A stretch of DNA of 64,000 nucleotides from Squalus acanthias (Eukaryota): NCBI GenBank assembly GCA_030390025.1, contig CM059431.1, positions 114,826,001-114,890,000 on the forward strand, written 5' to 3'. The notes under the pieces are model-generated. The model made no database searches. It had not been told where the DNA came from and saw nothing but the letters and a program-made list of their open reading frames with translations. Numbering within the stretch: the stretch's first letter is position 1; each line of letters starts with the position of its first letter. This document shows, piece by piece, positions 51,366 through 64,000 of the stretch. The translations under genes and the position numbers were made by a program.

Positions 51366-54097
51366 AGTAAGGTGAACACTGTTCATGAAAAAAACTTCAC
51401 TGCTGAAAAAACAGTTGATCTGCCAGTGGGTTCGTGGGAAGTTTAAAAAAACTTATGGAGCACTAACAAACGTTGCCAGCAGGAGTACACTGGATTGACA
51501 TGCAGCTTCCACTCCCAACAGCACTGTTCACCTCCTTCAGTTGGGACCTGTCTCAGGAATCCACAATACTGCAGGTCCTGACTGGAGGAGGAGAGCAATG
51601 TGCTGAGAGCAGATGTTGAATGCCACTCCATTGAGCCCCTGCTGATGAAGCCTATTGCAAACCCATTGCTGATCAGATGTTTCAAATGGTAGCATGGAAC
51701 CAAAAGCTGGAGCTGCTTAAGCCGAATAGGATCCGGTAGTGGGCTGGATTTGACCTGCAGATTACACACACTGCATGGAGAAATTGAGTGTATTGGGGAG
51801 TGAAATAAACTAAAATCAAGTAAGAGATTGGGCAGAAAAAGGAAAAATTAAGGAAGTTAAATGCATGAAGCAAATTTTGAAACTTTGTTTGTTTTAAAGA
51901 TTCCAGAAAAATGTTTAACACTATGGGGAAGATTTCCTCTGCATTATGTATAGCAAAACCATAAAATGTTTCTTTTTTAAATGCATGTACTATTTAATTA
52001 CACTCACATTGGTTGCCAAAGGAGTGTGTATTTTTTCAGCTAAGTTTCTAGAAGCATGCAATGACTTGTGCTTCAATTGCAGTACTGATCACGACATTGC
52101 AGAGCCCACTTTACAAACCTGGTGAAAGGTCTTCTCAAATAAAGTGAGGAAAGAAATGTAAATGAAGATGAATAGAAGTAGAGTACTGTTTGAAGCTGAC
52201 AGCTGCTGCACATAGACTTTATAAAACATCAATGTTGACTAATTGTGCAATAGCCATTATAAATCCTTATTAATATTGTGTAATGTATTTTCAGTATTTT
52301 ATTTTAAACATTTTCCTTGCCAATAGAAAGTTGGGAAACTAATATTAAAACATATTATTTCAAGGTGATGATTGGCTTTAATTGGCTTGTCATCACTTCC
52401 CTGTTTTAGTCAAATCAGAACTTCATTCCTGGCCTTAGTAAAATGTGGGCAATTAAGGTAAGATTCAGGAAAAGAAAGGTAGAAGACTACTTGTTCTGAG
52501 TTTGTGAGAGCTTATTCAAACTCCGGAAAGTATAACCTCAATCTGTTTGCAGTATGAGCTATGCACGTTCTGCATTTGAATCACATTTTGTATTAAGATC
52601 TTAGAATAACATCATTACAGGAATAATCTATAAAATAAGGTTATGAGATGACCAAAAATATGGGCTTCTGAAAAGCTGACTTTGGTGATTCATGCCATTT
52701 ATAGTTGTCTAAGTGACCATAATTTAAGAAATCACGAAGATAAGGCCAGCATATGCCAGACATTGTCCCACAAACTGAAAATAAAAATCAGTGAGTTAGT
52801 CACTTTGGGCTGCTCTTGTATACTTCCTAGCAGCTTGTTTTTAAACAAGCTTTTAAAACAGCAGTGTTTTTAGCTTGAATTCTAAGGGACTGGCGTCAGT
52901 GAGCCAGCTCCTAGTGTTTACACTGCTAAATTTATCTTCCTTACTCTAGCGGCAGAATCGGGAAATTAGGTCTACAAGTCTGTCGCCTGAGTAAGTAGCT
53001 GGATTTGGTCATGTGAAGACCGGAAGCAGGGTAATGGAACTGGTGTCTGATTATTTTTTCATTTTTCTATTTAGATTATAATTTTCTCATTTAAGTATGA
53101 ATATTTCGAGAGCCAAATTGAGATCGGCTTTCTGGTTATTGTAGAAGTAGGTAGTCAAAGGAGGAATCCTCCAGAAAATTATGAACCCAACCTTGCTGTA
53201 GATTTACTTGGATCCCAGCCTATCTGCAGACAGTATTGCTTTTTTAAATATGAAGCCAGTATCTTTGTGGCCAGACTGATAGCCATCCTTTCTAAAAGTG
53301 GATTTATTTTTTTTACACAGCCTAGCATTTGTTTATTATTACTACTTTTATTCTTTAAAATCATCCTTCCATGTGATTATGTGGTATCTCAATAGTTAGT
53401 GTATGTGCATGCAACACTGCTCAGTTGGGGTCAGAGCTTCTCCACAGCCCACAGATCAGGACCCCATGAGGCTTTAGTCTGGGTCTAAGCTGTCATTACA
53501 TATGCTCAGATGAAGACAATATGGTTTAAACACTGGTTTGGGAACCACAAAATCACAGGTGTTGTGGTGCAATTACCAAAGGGGATGAGTATTATGGTGT
53601 AGGATTTAATATGGAAAGGAAAAAATAACAGCAAAACTTCCCAAAGTATCAGTGCTGGGAGCCGTGTAGGTACTGTAGATCTTGATGTATTGCTTATTTT
53701 GAAAACCTTACATAAGTTTATTTCATAATTGGCTCGGTTTAATACTTCACAGTTCTGATTTACGGATTGTCAGATAGCAGTCATGAATGTGAAATAAACT
53801 CTGTTTACTTATGTTTCCTATTTTAAAAAATAAAAAAAACATCTGATGTGGGGTGTTAATCCAACTGTAACTGGACACCTTAGCATAAAAATATTTTTCC
53901 CACTAAACTAGGTCTTTTGATTTCTTTTGAGTGTGTTATTCTAGAAGACGTGCACGCCTTGCTGTATCTGTATCTGTGCTAAGTAATTTCAAATAATTTT
54001 TAAAATATTTTTTATCCATTTGATTACCTTTAACTCAACCCGCTATGGGTAGATATCTCCCCTGCATAGCTGAGATGGTAGGACAGTATGAAACATA

Positions 54098-54270
54098 GGG
54101 GGAAAGATTCGTTGGCAACTATTTTGGGTCGCTAACATCGCTTGGGCGCTAAATTTAGTGCCCGGCGAAAAATAGTGCCGGCGATCGTTAAATTCAGTTT
54201 TAGCGCCCCAAGAGGGAGGTGGAGCGTAAATTCAAGCGCTCCACTTCCTTCTTAGAGCGCTAACCGCTAA
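54098..54270. mobile_element. MITE terminal fragment
   Basis: gggggaaagattcg start and gcgcta motifs shared with 63430-64000. Confidence 0.5.
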
Positions 54271-54544
54271 ATACCTGGTATCTGCCTCCAACTGGTACTT
54301 CCTGCATGCCATTTTGTAATGCGTTCTCAGTTTAAAAATGCTAAAGGATAAAAGTGTAATACACAGGTAAAGAAATTAATATATTTCTAAGAGCCTATAG
54401 ATCTCACCTAATATCTGACAGTGAAAAGTGTCCTACATAGTAATCATGACTGTATAATTTCAATTAAAAACCTGGCATTTGGGTTGAAGAAGATTCTCCA
54501 AGCTTGACTTATGCTGACTGTGACTTTTATTAAAGCGTGCACCT

Positions 54545-54890
54545 TGGTTCCCCAATGACTCATCTTGTTAATATAGTGACTAGTTGAGCCACATAGACCA
54601 AGAATCTTTTAAGTTTGAACCCTGGTTTGATCTCAGCTGGCTATGGATGCTGCCATTAGCCTCAAGCCCCTGAAGTAGGGAGGGCACAATGAGCCAGGTT
54701 CATGCAACCGATCAATAGTCATTGACCACTGTTGGAAGTGTATGGGCATGGATGAGGATACGTGATTTCTGTCCCCCTGCTTACACAGTCAAATTGCCTG
54801 CTGACGTTCATTGTCTAAGCTTGCATATGAAGAATGGCCACTGGGCTGATGTATGAAGAGGTTGCCCCCATGAGTCTGCACCTTCAGAAG
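54545..54890 (+). mobile_element. Old SINE-like repeat
   Basis: Degenerate tRNA-like head and similarity to 37805-38110. Confidence 0.45.
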
Positions 54891-54966
54891 AGAGGAGAAA
54901 ATTGGTGGGAAAAGTAGGGAGCAAAGTAAAAATACTCCTCAATGACAGCTGGGAGATGGAGATAGT

Positions 54967-55750
54967 GGGGTGAATTTTAACCTGGGTTGGGGTCGTGTGG
55001 GTGTTAAACTGTTTAAAAATCTGAATCCCAACCAGAACCCGACTCCAACCCGCCCACTTCCTGTTTTAAAGGTGGGGGGGGTCAGCCAACCTGCTCCCAG
55101 GAGGCAGGTTGTGCATTTAAATATTATAATGAGGCTGGAAGCCTCTGATTTAATCTCCATTTTGAAGTTAACTTTAGCTGGTCAGGATTTGCAGGCCTCA
55201 TGAAAACTGCCAGCTAAAGTAACGCGAACGACTGCTGGGTCAGGAGTTAAGTGCCTTTACACTTACCTCCTGGATCCAGCGTCCCTACCTAACCCACCCC
55301 CCACAATCAGAGAACCGTCCCCGCCCCCACAAGGCCTCCGATTCTTCCCCCCCCCCCCCTCGAGGCCTCCTATTTCTCTCCTCCCCCCCGTCCCCTCCCC
55401 CCCGAGGCCTCTGCTCCTCCCCACAAAGCCTCGGATTTCACCTCCTACTCCCCAGGAGGTCTCAGATCTCTTCCCCCCTCCCCCCCCCCCCCTCCCCAAG
55501 CCAGGCCTCCGATCTGCCCCCCCACCAATGAGGTCTCAATCAGACAGACAGCTGGCATGCGTGAACAGTTCTCTGACTTGCGACCTCTCTTCCTCTCGTC
55601 TAGATCCTCCGAGTTGGTGAGCATGGGATCACTCTCGAAAGAGCGTTCGACCAGCCCAACTATGCTTAGCTCTCCCCCCCCCACCGTCTGTGTGGGCAAG
55701 CCCTCAGGGTGTTACTTTTATTCTCTTTTTAGGGCTGGGCTTGAGGCCAA
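54967..55750. mobile_element. MITE-like element with C-rich internal repeats
   Basis: ggggtgaattttaacc start, internal gggttggg/ccaacccg inverted motifs, and repeated ggcctc-Cn units. Right end not located. Confidence 0.45.
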
Positions 55751-56506
55751 ATTATTGACAAGACCATTTAACCTATAGAGGTTCCCCTAAAACCTCAGTA
55801 CTCAATGGTGCGTCGAGTTCTTTGCCTCAATTTTTGGATGAAAGCCCTCCCCTAAAGGGGTCTCATGAGCTCAGCCAGTTTGTCTTATTATTTAATCTTT
55901 CTGAAGTTTCTTCCTTTGGAATTTGTGTCTAATTTCCCTGGTCCCTACCCTCCCTGGTACAATTGGTACTAGGCCTGGCCTTGTACCCTTTAATCATGAG
56001 ACCCAAGCCAGAGCTATCCCACTTCAGCCATCTCACTTTCATATAACAAACTGCTCCATCCTGAGATGGATACCTTAACTCCCCTAAATTCCTTTTATTC
56101 TATACTAATTAACTTTTAATTATCTTCACAAGCAGTTCCATTAAGCTAACTCCAATTCCTACCTTAGCGTTATATCATGGTTATTAGTAATAATAGAAGA
56201 AACGTAGGCTTTGGGCCTTAGTTGGTTCAATTAGAGATACATAAACAAGGTTGAAATCCTAACTTGAAAACAGCAGATAGTTAGCTTGGAAACAAGATTA
56301 TTTATGACCGTCACACTGCAGAATGCTATAACATCCGCAGAGAACCAAAACACAAGCAGATTCTAAGCAGCTATCTAGTTATTGTAATACTAGTCTGAAG
56401 AGACGTTTTGTCTCCAGTTCTAATACAATCATGTAAACACACCATTATTCACGTCACAATTTTATCCGCATAACCATATACATTTTGGACACCACTGATT
56501 TCTAAC

Positions 56507-58175
56507 AGAACAGGATTGGCAACTTAATATTCCTGGATACAACATATTTAGCAAGGAAGATGGGGAGGTGAAGTAGCTATACTAGTTAAAGGTAACATAA
56601 TGGCAGGAGAAAAAAGGATGTAACTAGCAGTAAGATAGATAAAATTTAAGAAGGGGTATACTATAGACCACCAAATAGTGGAAAGGGAACTGGGGGAAGA
56701 AATATGTAGGCAAATCTACGAGTTGAGTAACAGGCATAGAATAATAATCATGAGAGATCTCAACTATCCCTAAGTAAACTGGCAGGAAGAAGTAGAGAAA
56801 GGAAAACGGGAATGAGTTTTTACAGTGTATACAGGACTCCTTTCTACTCAGTACATAAGAAGTCCAACAAGAAAATAATCACTGCTGGATCTTGTAATGG
56901 GTAATGAACCAGAACTGATAGGAGAAGTAAGAGTAGGAGAGCACCTTAGTAGTAGTGATCACAACATAGTAAGGTTCAAGATTAGGATCGAGAGTGAGAG
57001 AAGTAGGACTAATAGATTGGAAAAGAGCAATGAGGAAATGAGGGTGGAACTAAAGAAGGTAAACTGGGAGAAAATCTTGAAAAACAAAAACATAAATCAG
57101 TGAGAAATCTTTAAAATGGTAATCAGTAGAGTTCAAGAGAAAAGTACTCCACTAAAAAGCCAAGAACAAGCAAGCTAATTATGAGGCACCGTGGATGAAG
57201 AAAGAACTAAAGCAAAAATTGAATCTAAAGAAAAAGACATATAAAAAATACTTAGATACTAAAGGAGAGGAGGACAAAGGAAATATGAAGAATTTAGGAG
57301 AGAACTTTAAACAAAAACCACCAGGAAGGCAAAGAGAAATTGTGAAATCAAATTATCAAGGAATATAAAAAGAAATAAAGTGTTCTATAGACACAAATAA
57401 CAAAAGAAAAATTAAAGTAGGGATAGGGTCACTAAAGGATGAGCAAGATAAACTTGCAGTTAATGATAGAAATGGCAGAAGTATTGGATACCTACTTCAC
57501 CTCAGTTTTTACTAAAGATAACAAAATAGATACTTCACTAGAGGGTGAGCTTAAAAATAATAATACAGTTGGAATAGAAAGGGAGAAAATAATTGACTAA
57601 ATAGCAAAACTAAAAGAGGATAAAACCCCAGGTCAGATGGTTTGCACCCACGTATACTCAAGGAAAATAGGGAGGAGATAGCAGAGGCACCAGTTTATAT
57701 GTACAAAAATTCCTTAGAAGAGGGTCGTGCCAGAGGACTGGTGAACAGCTTATGTTGTTCCTATATAAAAAGGGAGATAGAACAAAATCTGGGAGCTGTA
57801 GACCAGTCAGCTTAACGTCAGTAATTGGAAAGATACTGGAATCTATACTAAAAATGTTAGAAGAGATATAGACAGAAAATATAATTAAAAAATAGTCAGC
57901 ATAGATTCCAAAAGGCTAAGTCTTGCTTAACTAACGTGATAGAATTCTTTGAAGAGGTAACGGAAAGAGTAGACATGGGTAATGCAGTAGATGTTATATA
58001 CGTGGATTTTCAAAAGGCCTTTGATAAGGTACCACACGGTTGGCTCATGACAAAGGTTAGGGCATGTGGTGTCGGGACAAATAGCTGAATGGATAGCAAA
58101 TTGGCTAAAAACGTAGAAAGCAGAGAGATGGGGTAAAGGGTAGTTATTCAGATTGGAGGAAGGTAGTAAGCATTC
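56507..58175 (+). mobile_element. Older CR1 LINE, 5' part (endonuclease to RT)
   Basis: LDLVMGNEPELIGEVRVGEHLSSSDHNIVRF (APE endonuclease SDH), RPVSLTS, and DFQKAFDKVPH remnants. Confidence 0.9.
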
Positions 58176-60235
58176 ATAGAGTCATAACGGCGCAGAAGAA
58201 GGCCATTCGGCCCATCGAGTCCGTGCTGGCTCTCTGCAGAGCAATCGAGTCAATCCCATTCCCCCGCTCTATCCCTGTAGCCCTGCAAGTTTATTTCCCT
58301 CAAGTGCCTATCAAGTCTCCCCTTGAAAACATTGAGTGTGTCCGCTTCCACCACTTCCGTCGGCAACGAGTTCCAGGTCATCACCAGTCGCTGCGTAAAA
58401 AAGTTTTTCCTCACATCCCCCCTGAATCTCTTGCCCAAAATTTTAAATCTGTGTCCCCCTAGTCCTTGTACCATCAACTAGTGGGAACAGCCTTTCCCCG
58501 TCGAGCCTATCCAAACCTGTCATAATCTTGTACACCTCTATCAAATCACCCCTCAACCTCCTTTGCTCTAATGAAAACAAATCCAGCTTCTCCAACCTGT
58601 CCTTGTAGCTAAGATCCCCCATCCCCGGAACCATTCTGGTAAATCTCCTCTGCACCCTCTCAAGGGCCTTCACATCCTTCCTAAAGTGTGGTGACCAGAA
58701 CTGGACGCAATACTCCAGTTGTGGCCTAACCAACGCTTTATAAAGATTCAGCATAACTTCTCTAATTTTGTACTCAATACCTCTATTTATGAAACCAAAG
58801 TTCCCATATGCTTTGCTAACCACTCTCTCAATATGTCCTGCCACCTTCAGGGATCTATGCACATTAACTGCCAGGTCCCTCTGTCCCTGCACACTCTTTA
58901 AAACTGTGCCATTAAGTGTATATTGCCTCTCCCTGTTCCTTCTGCCAAAATGCATCACCTCACACTTCTCTGTATTAAATTCCATCTGCCACTTGTCTGC
59001 CCATTCTGCTAGCCTTTCTATGTCCTGTTGTAGTCGATTGGTATCATCCTCACTGTTTGCCACACCCTCAAGTTTGGTGTCATCGGCAAAGTTAGAAATT
59101 CTACTTTTTATTCCAATATCCAGATCATTTATTTATATATATATATATCTAAAAAAAAGCAGTGGCCCCAGCACTGACCCTTGGGGAACACCACTGTCTA
59201 CCATCCTCCAGTCTGAAAAACAGCCATTTACCACAACTCGCTGTTTTCTGTCCTTAAGCCAATTCCTTATCCAAGCTGCCACTGGCCCACCTATTCCATG
59301 AGCCTCAAAACCAGCCTTCTATGTGTCAAACACCTTCTGAAAATCCATGTAGACAACATCCATTGCAACCCCTTCATCGATCCTCCCTGTTACTTCATCA
59401 AAAAAATTAATTCGATTTGTCAAACATGATCTGCCTTTTACAAATCCATGTTGGCTCTTCTTAATTAGCTTAAACCTCTCCGAGTGCCCATTATTTTTTT
59501 CCTTGATTATTGTTTCTAAAACTTTACCCACCACTGATGTTAAACTGACCGGCCTGTAGTTACTAGGATTGTCCTTACTCCCCTTCTTGAACAATGGTAT
59601 CACATTTGTCACTTTCCAATCCTCAGGCACCTCCCCCGCATCTAGGGAAGATTGGAAAATTACGACAAGCCCTTCCGCTATCTCCTCCCCCCAATTCCCT
59701 TAGCAATCTGGGATGCAAGCCATCTGGACCAGTTGATTTCTCCACTCTAAGCATACCCAGCCTTTCTAGTATATCCTGTCTATCAATTTTCACCCCTTCC
59801 ATTGCTTCTACCTTTTCCACTGCTACTGATATTTTGTCAGCATCCACCTCCTTAGTAAACACCGATATAAAGTACTCATTGAGTATTCTAGCCTTGCTCT
59901 GCGCCTCTAAGCATGTAACACCTTCTTTGTCGCTAATAGGCCCACTCCACCTCTTACTACCCGCTTACTGTTTACATGCCGATAGAAGATTTTTGGGTTC
60001 CTTTTTATGTTAACCGCCATTCTACTCTCACATTCTCTCTTTGCCAATCTTATTTTCATCTTCACTTCCCCTCTCAACTTACTGTATTTGGTCTGGTTCT
60101 CCCTTGAAGAATTCACCTGACATGCATCATACACCCTCTTTCTTTGTTTCATCATCTTCTCTATCTCCCTCGTCATCCAAGGAGCCCTTGCTTTGGTTCC
60201 CTTACCCTTCCCTCTTGTTGGAATGTACCTAGCCT
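58176..60235 (-). mobile_element. Younger CR1 LINE nested in the older CR1
   Basis: ORFs 59907-60176, 59623-59862, 59319-59630 and 58443-59063; very similar to 46725-48207. Confidence 0.95.
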
Positions 60236-61120
60236 ATTCCACAAGGATCCGTGCTCAGATCACTGTTGATTCACAATTTACATTAATGATTTGGACTTGA
60301 GTGGCAAATGAACTTTAACATAAATAAATGTAAGGTGATGCATTTTGGTAGGAAAAACAGAAACATCACCTACACCTTAGAACATAAGAAACTGAATGTG
60401 GTAGAAGAGCAAAGGGATCTGGGGACAGAGGTGAACAAATCATTAATAGCAGCATTGCAGGTCAGCAAAGCAATTAAAAATGCTAACCGAGCACTGGAAT
60501 TTATTCCTAGGGGTATAGAATTCAAAAGTAGTGAAGTTATGTTATACTTGTATAGGACTCTGGTCAGGCTGCACTTAGAGTACTCTGCAGAGTTCTGGTC
60601 TCCATACTATAAAAAGGACATAGAAGCGCTGGAGAAAGTGCAAAAAAGATTTACAAGGATGGTACCAGAACTGAGAGATTGCAGCTATCAGGAAAGATTG
60701 AACAGGTTGGGGCTTTTTTCTTTAGAAAAGAGAAGACTTCGAGGAGACCTGATAGAGATCTTTAAAATTATGAATGGGTTGGACAGGGTAGATGTGGAGA
60801 GAATGTTTCCACTTGTGGAAGAATCCAAAATTAGGGGCCATACAAGATAGTTATTCTAAATCCAATAGGGAAATAAGGAGAAATTTCTTCACTCAGAGAG
60901 TGATTAGAATGTGGAACTCGCAACCACAGGAAGTGGTTGAGGCAAATAGCTTAGATGCTTTCAAAAGGAAACTAGACAAGTACACGAGAGAAAAGGGAAT
61001 AGAAAGATATGCTGAAAAGCTGAGATGAGGTAGATGCAATGAGAGGAGACTCGTGTGGCGTACAAACACCAGCAGACTAGTTGGGCCGAATGGCCTGTTT
61101 TTGTGCTGTATATTCTATGT
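60236..61120 (+). mobile_element. Older CR1 LINE, 3' part
   Basis: Resumes at attccacaaggatccgtgct (IPQGSVL); ORF 60308-60850; tail ctatattctatgtaat. Confidence 0.92.
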
Positions 61121-63429
61121 AATATTTTCTATTCAAAGTACACCTCCATTTTTGAAATGTTGGCACTTAAGGGAAAAACTGTCAAATATGTTGCCTCAGA
61201 GAAGCACTACTTCAGATCTCTTGTCCTCTTCAGTTGCTCTGAAAAGGATTACACAATTTCCTGGAACAGCACCATTCATTCAGTGGGACTGGTACTCTGG
61301 ATCAGCTCGAGAGCCAATCTGAAGCTGTTGGGCTTTCTGGACTCCAGAGAGCCCTGTATTGGCCGAGTACATGGGAGTTTAGTACCTAGCTTACCGTGTG
61401 TTTTTCTTAGACATCAAAACTTTTCTGTGGTACCACCCTGAAGTTTTATATGCATTGATTGAGGTCTCCTTTGCACGCCCATGTAGCTACAGGTTGGTAT
61501 AAAATCTTTTCGCCATTCATTTTGTTAATGACAGAGGACAAATATTTTGTGTCCTGTTTCCAATAGTTAGCTGGTGATAGGCTGTGAAGTCCAGTAGCAC
61601 AGTGTATCTGTGAATGCAGCATCAAATCTTAGTTGTGTGCGTTTGTAGAAACCTATAGTGGAAAAAGTGTTGGAGTATTTTGCTGTTTTTTAAAGGGACT
61701 GCTGGTAGATAGTGTTTTCCCAGAGATTAAACAACATTTGCTACATAATTTAATAAGATTTTCAGTATAGCTGTGCAGTAGATTTGAATAAGGTTTTTTC
61801 TGAATGAGTTTGCGGGTTTGAGTGTTAGTCTATGCTGTTGGTCTATGATAATTCCAGCTGTGGCTGTGGTAGGGACTCTCTAATTGGTCTTAACAAGGTT
61901 ACACATGAAAAATGGCCACTTGGGAGAGCTACCAGAGGGTGATGTGTGTCTGTGGAGCTATACCTCAGCATGGAGTCAACATCTTCAGAAAGGGAGGAAA
62001 GAATATTTGTGAGAAGAATTCTAATTTTAATCACAAAATTAATGTTGCAGTCATTTAACACTGACTTAATGTGTGAGGACTAAACTCTGAAAATAAGAAA
62101 AATTAAATAAATGAGCACAGTAAAAACTTGATCATGTCAACTTCATAATGTAGCTAATAGAAATGCATGTTTACTGAATCTAATCTTGATAATTCATAGT
62201 TGGATCCGAAGATCTACTTGATACCCCTGGCAGCCCACAGAATTGCTTTGTTATTTCAGCTATAATTCTATACCAGTTGTGTTACTTTGAGCCAGTGGTA
62301 CATGTTGTCAAGAATAAATTAAAACAGTATGACTATTTGTAATCTCAGTTGCTGAAATGCCCTAAATTTCATTATTTTAAATTTAAAAGTTATTCTCTAA
62401 ATTGTTTCATACATTAAATTATGACATAGCATCTATCAAAGTGCTCAAATTTTAAGAACCTTTATTAATACTAATATGAATTGTGCAGAGGAGCCATAAT
62501 TTCAGGATTAAAAGTAAATCAGGACCATCTAGATTGATGGTTTGCCCAAATGTTGTCTGTTTTCAATTAAACATAAGATCACTTTTTCTTTTCTTTCATT
62601 CCAGACTAAAGTCCATTTTTCAAAGTTTACATTTCAACTGCATTTCAGAAAGCCATTTTGATTTAGGACTCGACTAAATTATCTCTCGTGTTTTTGTGTT
62701 TTATTGCCATACTAATTATATTACTGATTTGTTTTATCTTAGTGAAACGTTTTAAATTGGTCCCATTAAAATTGCCTTGATTTATTAGCTGTACAGGTGT
62801 CACTGAGAAAGTTTGACCTGTTTGAAGATTGTTGGTGAGGAGGGTAGTTGTCAAGTAAAGATTGCTGGTAGAAATGGAATTCTGTTCTTTGTGCAAATAC
62901 ACCTGTGTTTTAACCTTGTGAAAGGTTGAATGAGAAGATTGGACCATTTGCCCCACTGCTGTTCATTTAAATTCTAGGAGTAGGAGTTCTATTACTTGTA
63001 TTGCATATAATCCAATTCCTATATTTAAAAATAGCAAAAGTAACTTAGTTTATTGAGGTGGTGAGAGAGAGAGAGGGGGGAAGTATGGTAACTAAACCTA
63101 TATTTTTGTTTTGTTCTTTTAGATTCTGATTTCAGTGTAGAAGTGGCCATATGGCAATATGCACACCACCCTTTGAATGTGGAGGAATTGTAGTAGTTTC
63201 AGCTAGTGATGTTTGTATTTAATTTTAATTAAGAATCTGTGTGGACCTCTGACTGAATCCAAATGAAAAATGTACTACTGCTTTCAGTATTTTGATCTGC
63301 TTTTAAATTTGTTTCTTTTATCGGTTGTAGCCTAGTTTTAAAAGTCACCTTAAGTAAATTTGTAAAGCTTTTCTACTGACATAACATATTGTTGACAACG
63401 TGATGTCCTTGTATCCATTATAAAATAAA

Positions 63430-64000
63430 GGGGGAAAAATTGGGTATCGCCCATTTTAGGGCGCTAAATCGGCCGGGCGCAAGATTTAGCACTCGGTGCT
63501 AATTATCACCTCCGACTACAAAATTTGCCTCAATCGCCCCTGGAGGTGATTTGAGCTTTAAATCAGGTGCTACACACCTCTCTTAAGGCACAAATGTCAG
63601 GGAGCGAGGCGCTACCTCAGAACGCTACCAAAGCTCAGGCGATATCAGTTACCATGGAAGCCAGACAGACTGGTACTGTCCAGTTCTTAAAGGGGAGGGG
63701 CCCATCTTGCTGGCCAGCCACACCCTGCTCTTTGCAACCTTGAATCTCGGCCTGGAGAGACCTCTAAAGCAATTGTGTTGGAAGCACTAATGGATAGGCC
63801 CAGGGAAAGAGCTCGGCGCTTAGGAACTTCAAAAGTGGTGCTGAGGGCCAAAACCCCTTAGGACAGCGTTAAATCTCTCCAGACGTCTCTCTCCCTCAAC
63901 CTGCATGTACCAAAAATTTTGCCGACAAGAAAAGGCAGGAAGGGCCCACCTTTAAATAGCGCTCCCCCAGCGCCTTCCCGACTTGAAAATGTTCCCCTCT
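63430..64000. mobile_element. MITE, truncated by the window end
   Basis: gggggaaaaattgg start, GC-rich, with gcgcta motifs. Confidence 0.5.

Noticed and set aside
58768..59301. 177-aa + strand ORF (and similar ones at 47310-47699 and 637-936)
   Set aside because: Antisense shadow frames of CR1 RT.
63105..63200. Strong acceptor at 63122 as a possible NDFIP2 exon 7
   Set aside because: Translates DSDFSVEVAIWQY..., not the expected GLLLFFRGF-type sequence. The true exon appears to lie beyond the window.

Overview
Eukaryotic, repeat-rich vertebrate genomic DNA, very probably a shark or other chondrichthyan. This is inferred from the repeat families: CR1 LINEs, a DeuSINE, Penelope-like elements and GG-ended MITEs. 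The whole window lies inside one + strand gene, NDFIP2 (Nedd4-family interacting protein 2). Five coding exons (orthologous exons 2-6) splice in frame with GT-AG boundaries to give LQNEDD...PPPPYS...PPPYSVATSLPTYDEAEKAK...GNDGIFMLAFFMAFLFNWIGFCLSFCLTNTIAGRYGAICGFGLSLIKWILIVRFSDYFNGYFNGQYWLWWIFLVL. Exon 1 and the last coding exon were not found and presumably lie outside the window. The introns hold CR1 and L2 LINE fragments, a second LINE family, SINEs, Tigger and Harbinger-type DNA elements and Penelope remnants. Four observations stand out. (1) A young 240-bp TSD-flanked insertion forms a 99-bp near-perfect palindrome carrying a minimal hammerhead ribozyme on each strand. (2) A decayed minus-strand reading frame at about 4.1-5.4 kb looks like a viral-type envelope/fusion glycoprotein. 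(3) A CpG-rich piece resembling the first exon of an unrelated gene is fused to the 5' end of a CR1 copy. (4) There are candidate alternative NDFIP2 splice events. There are no CRISPR or prokaryotic features. Repeat boundaries without TSDs are approximate, and all family names come from motif recognition, not database searches.
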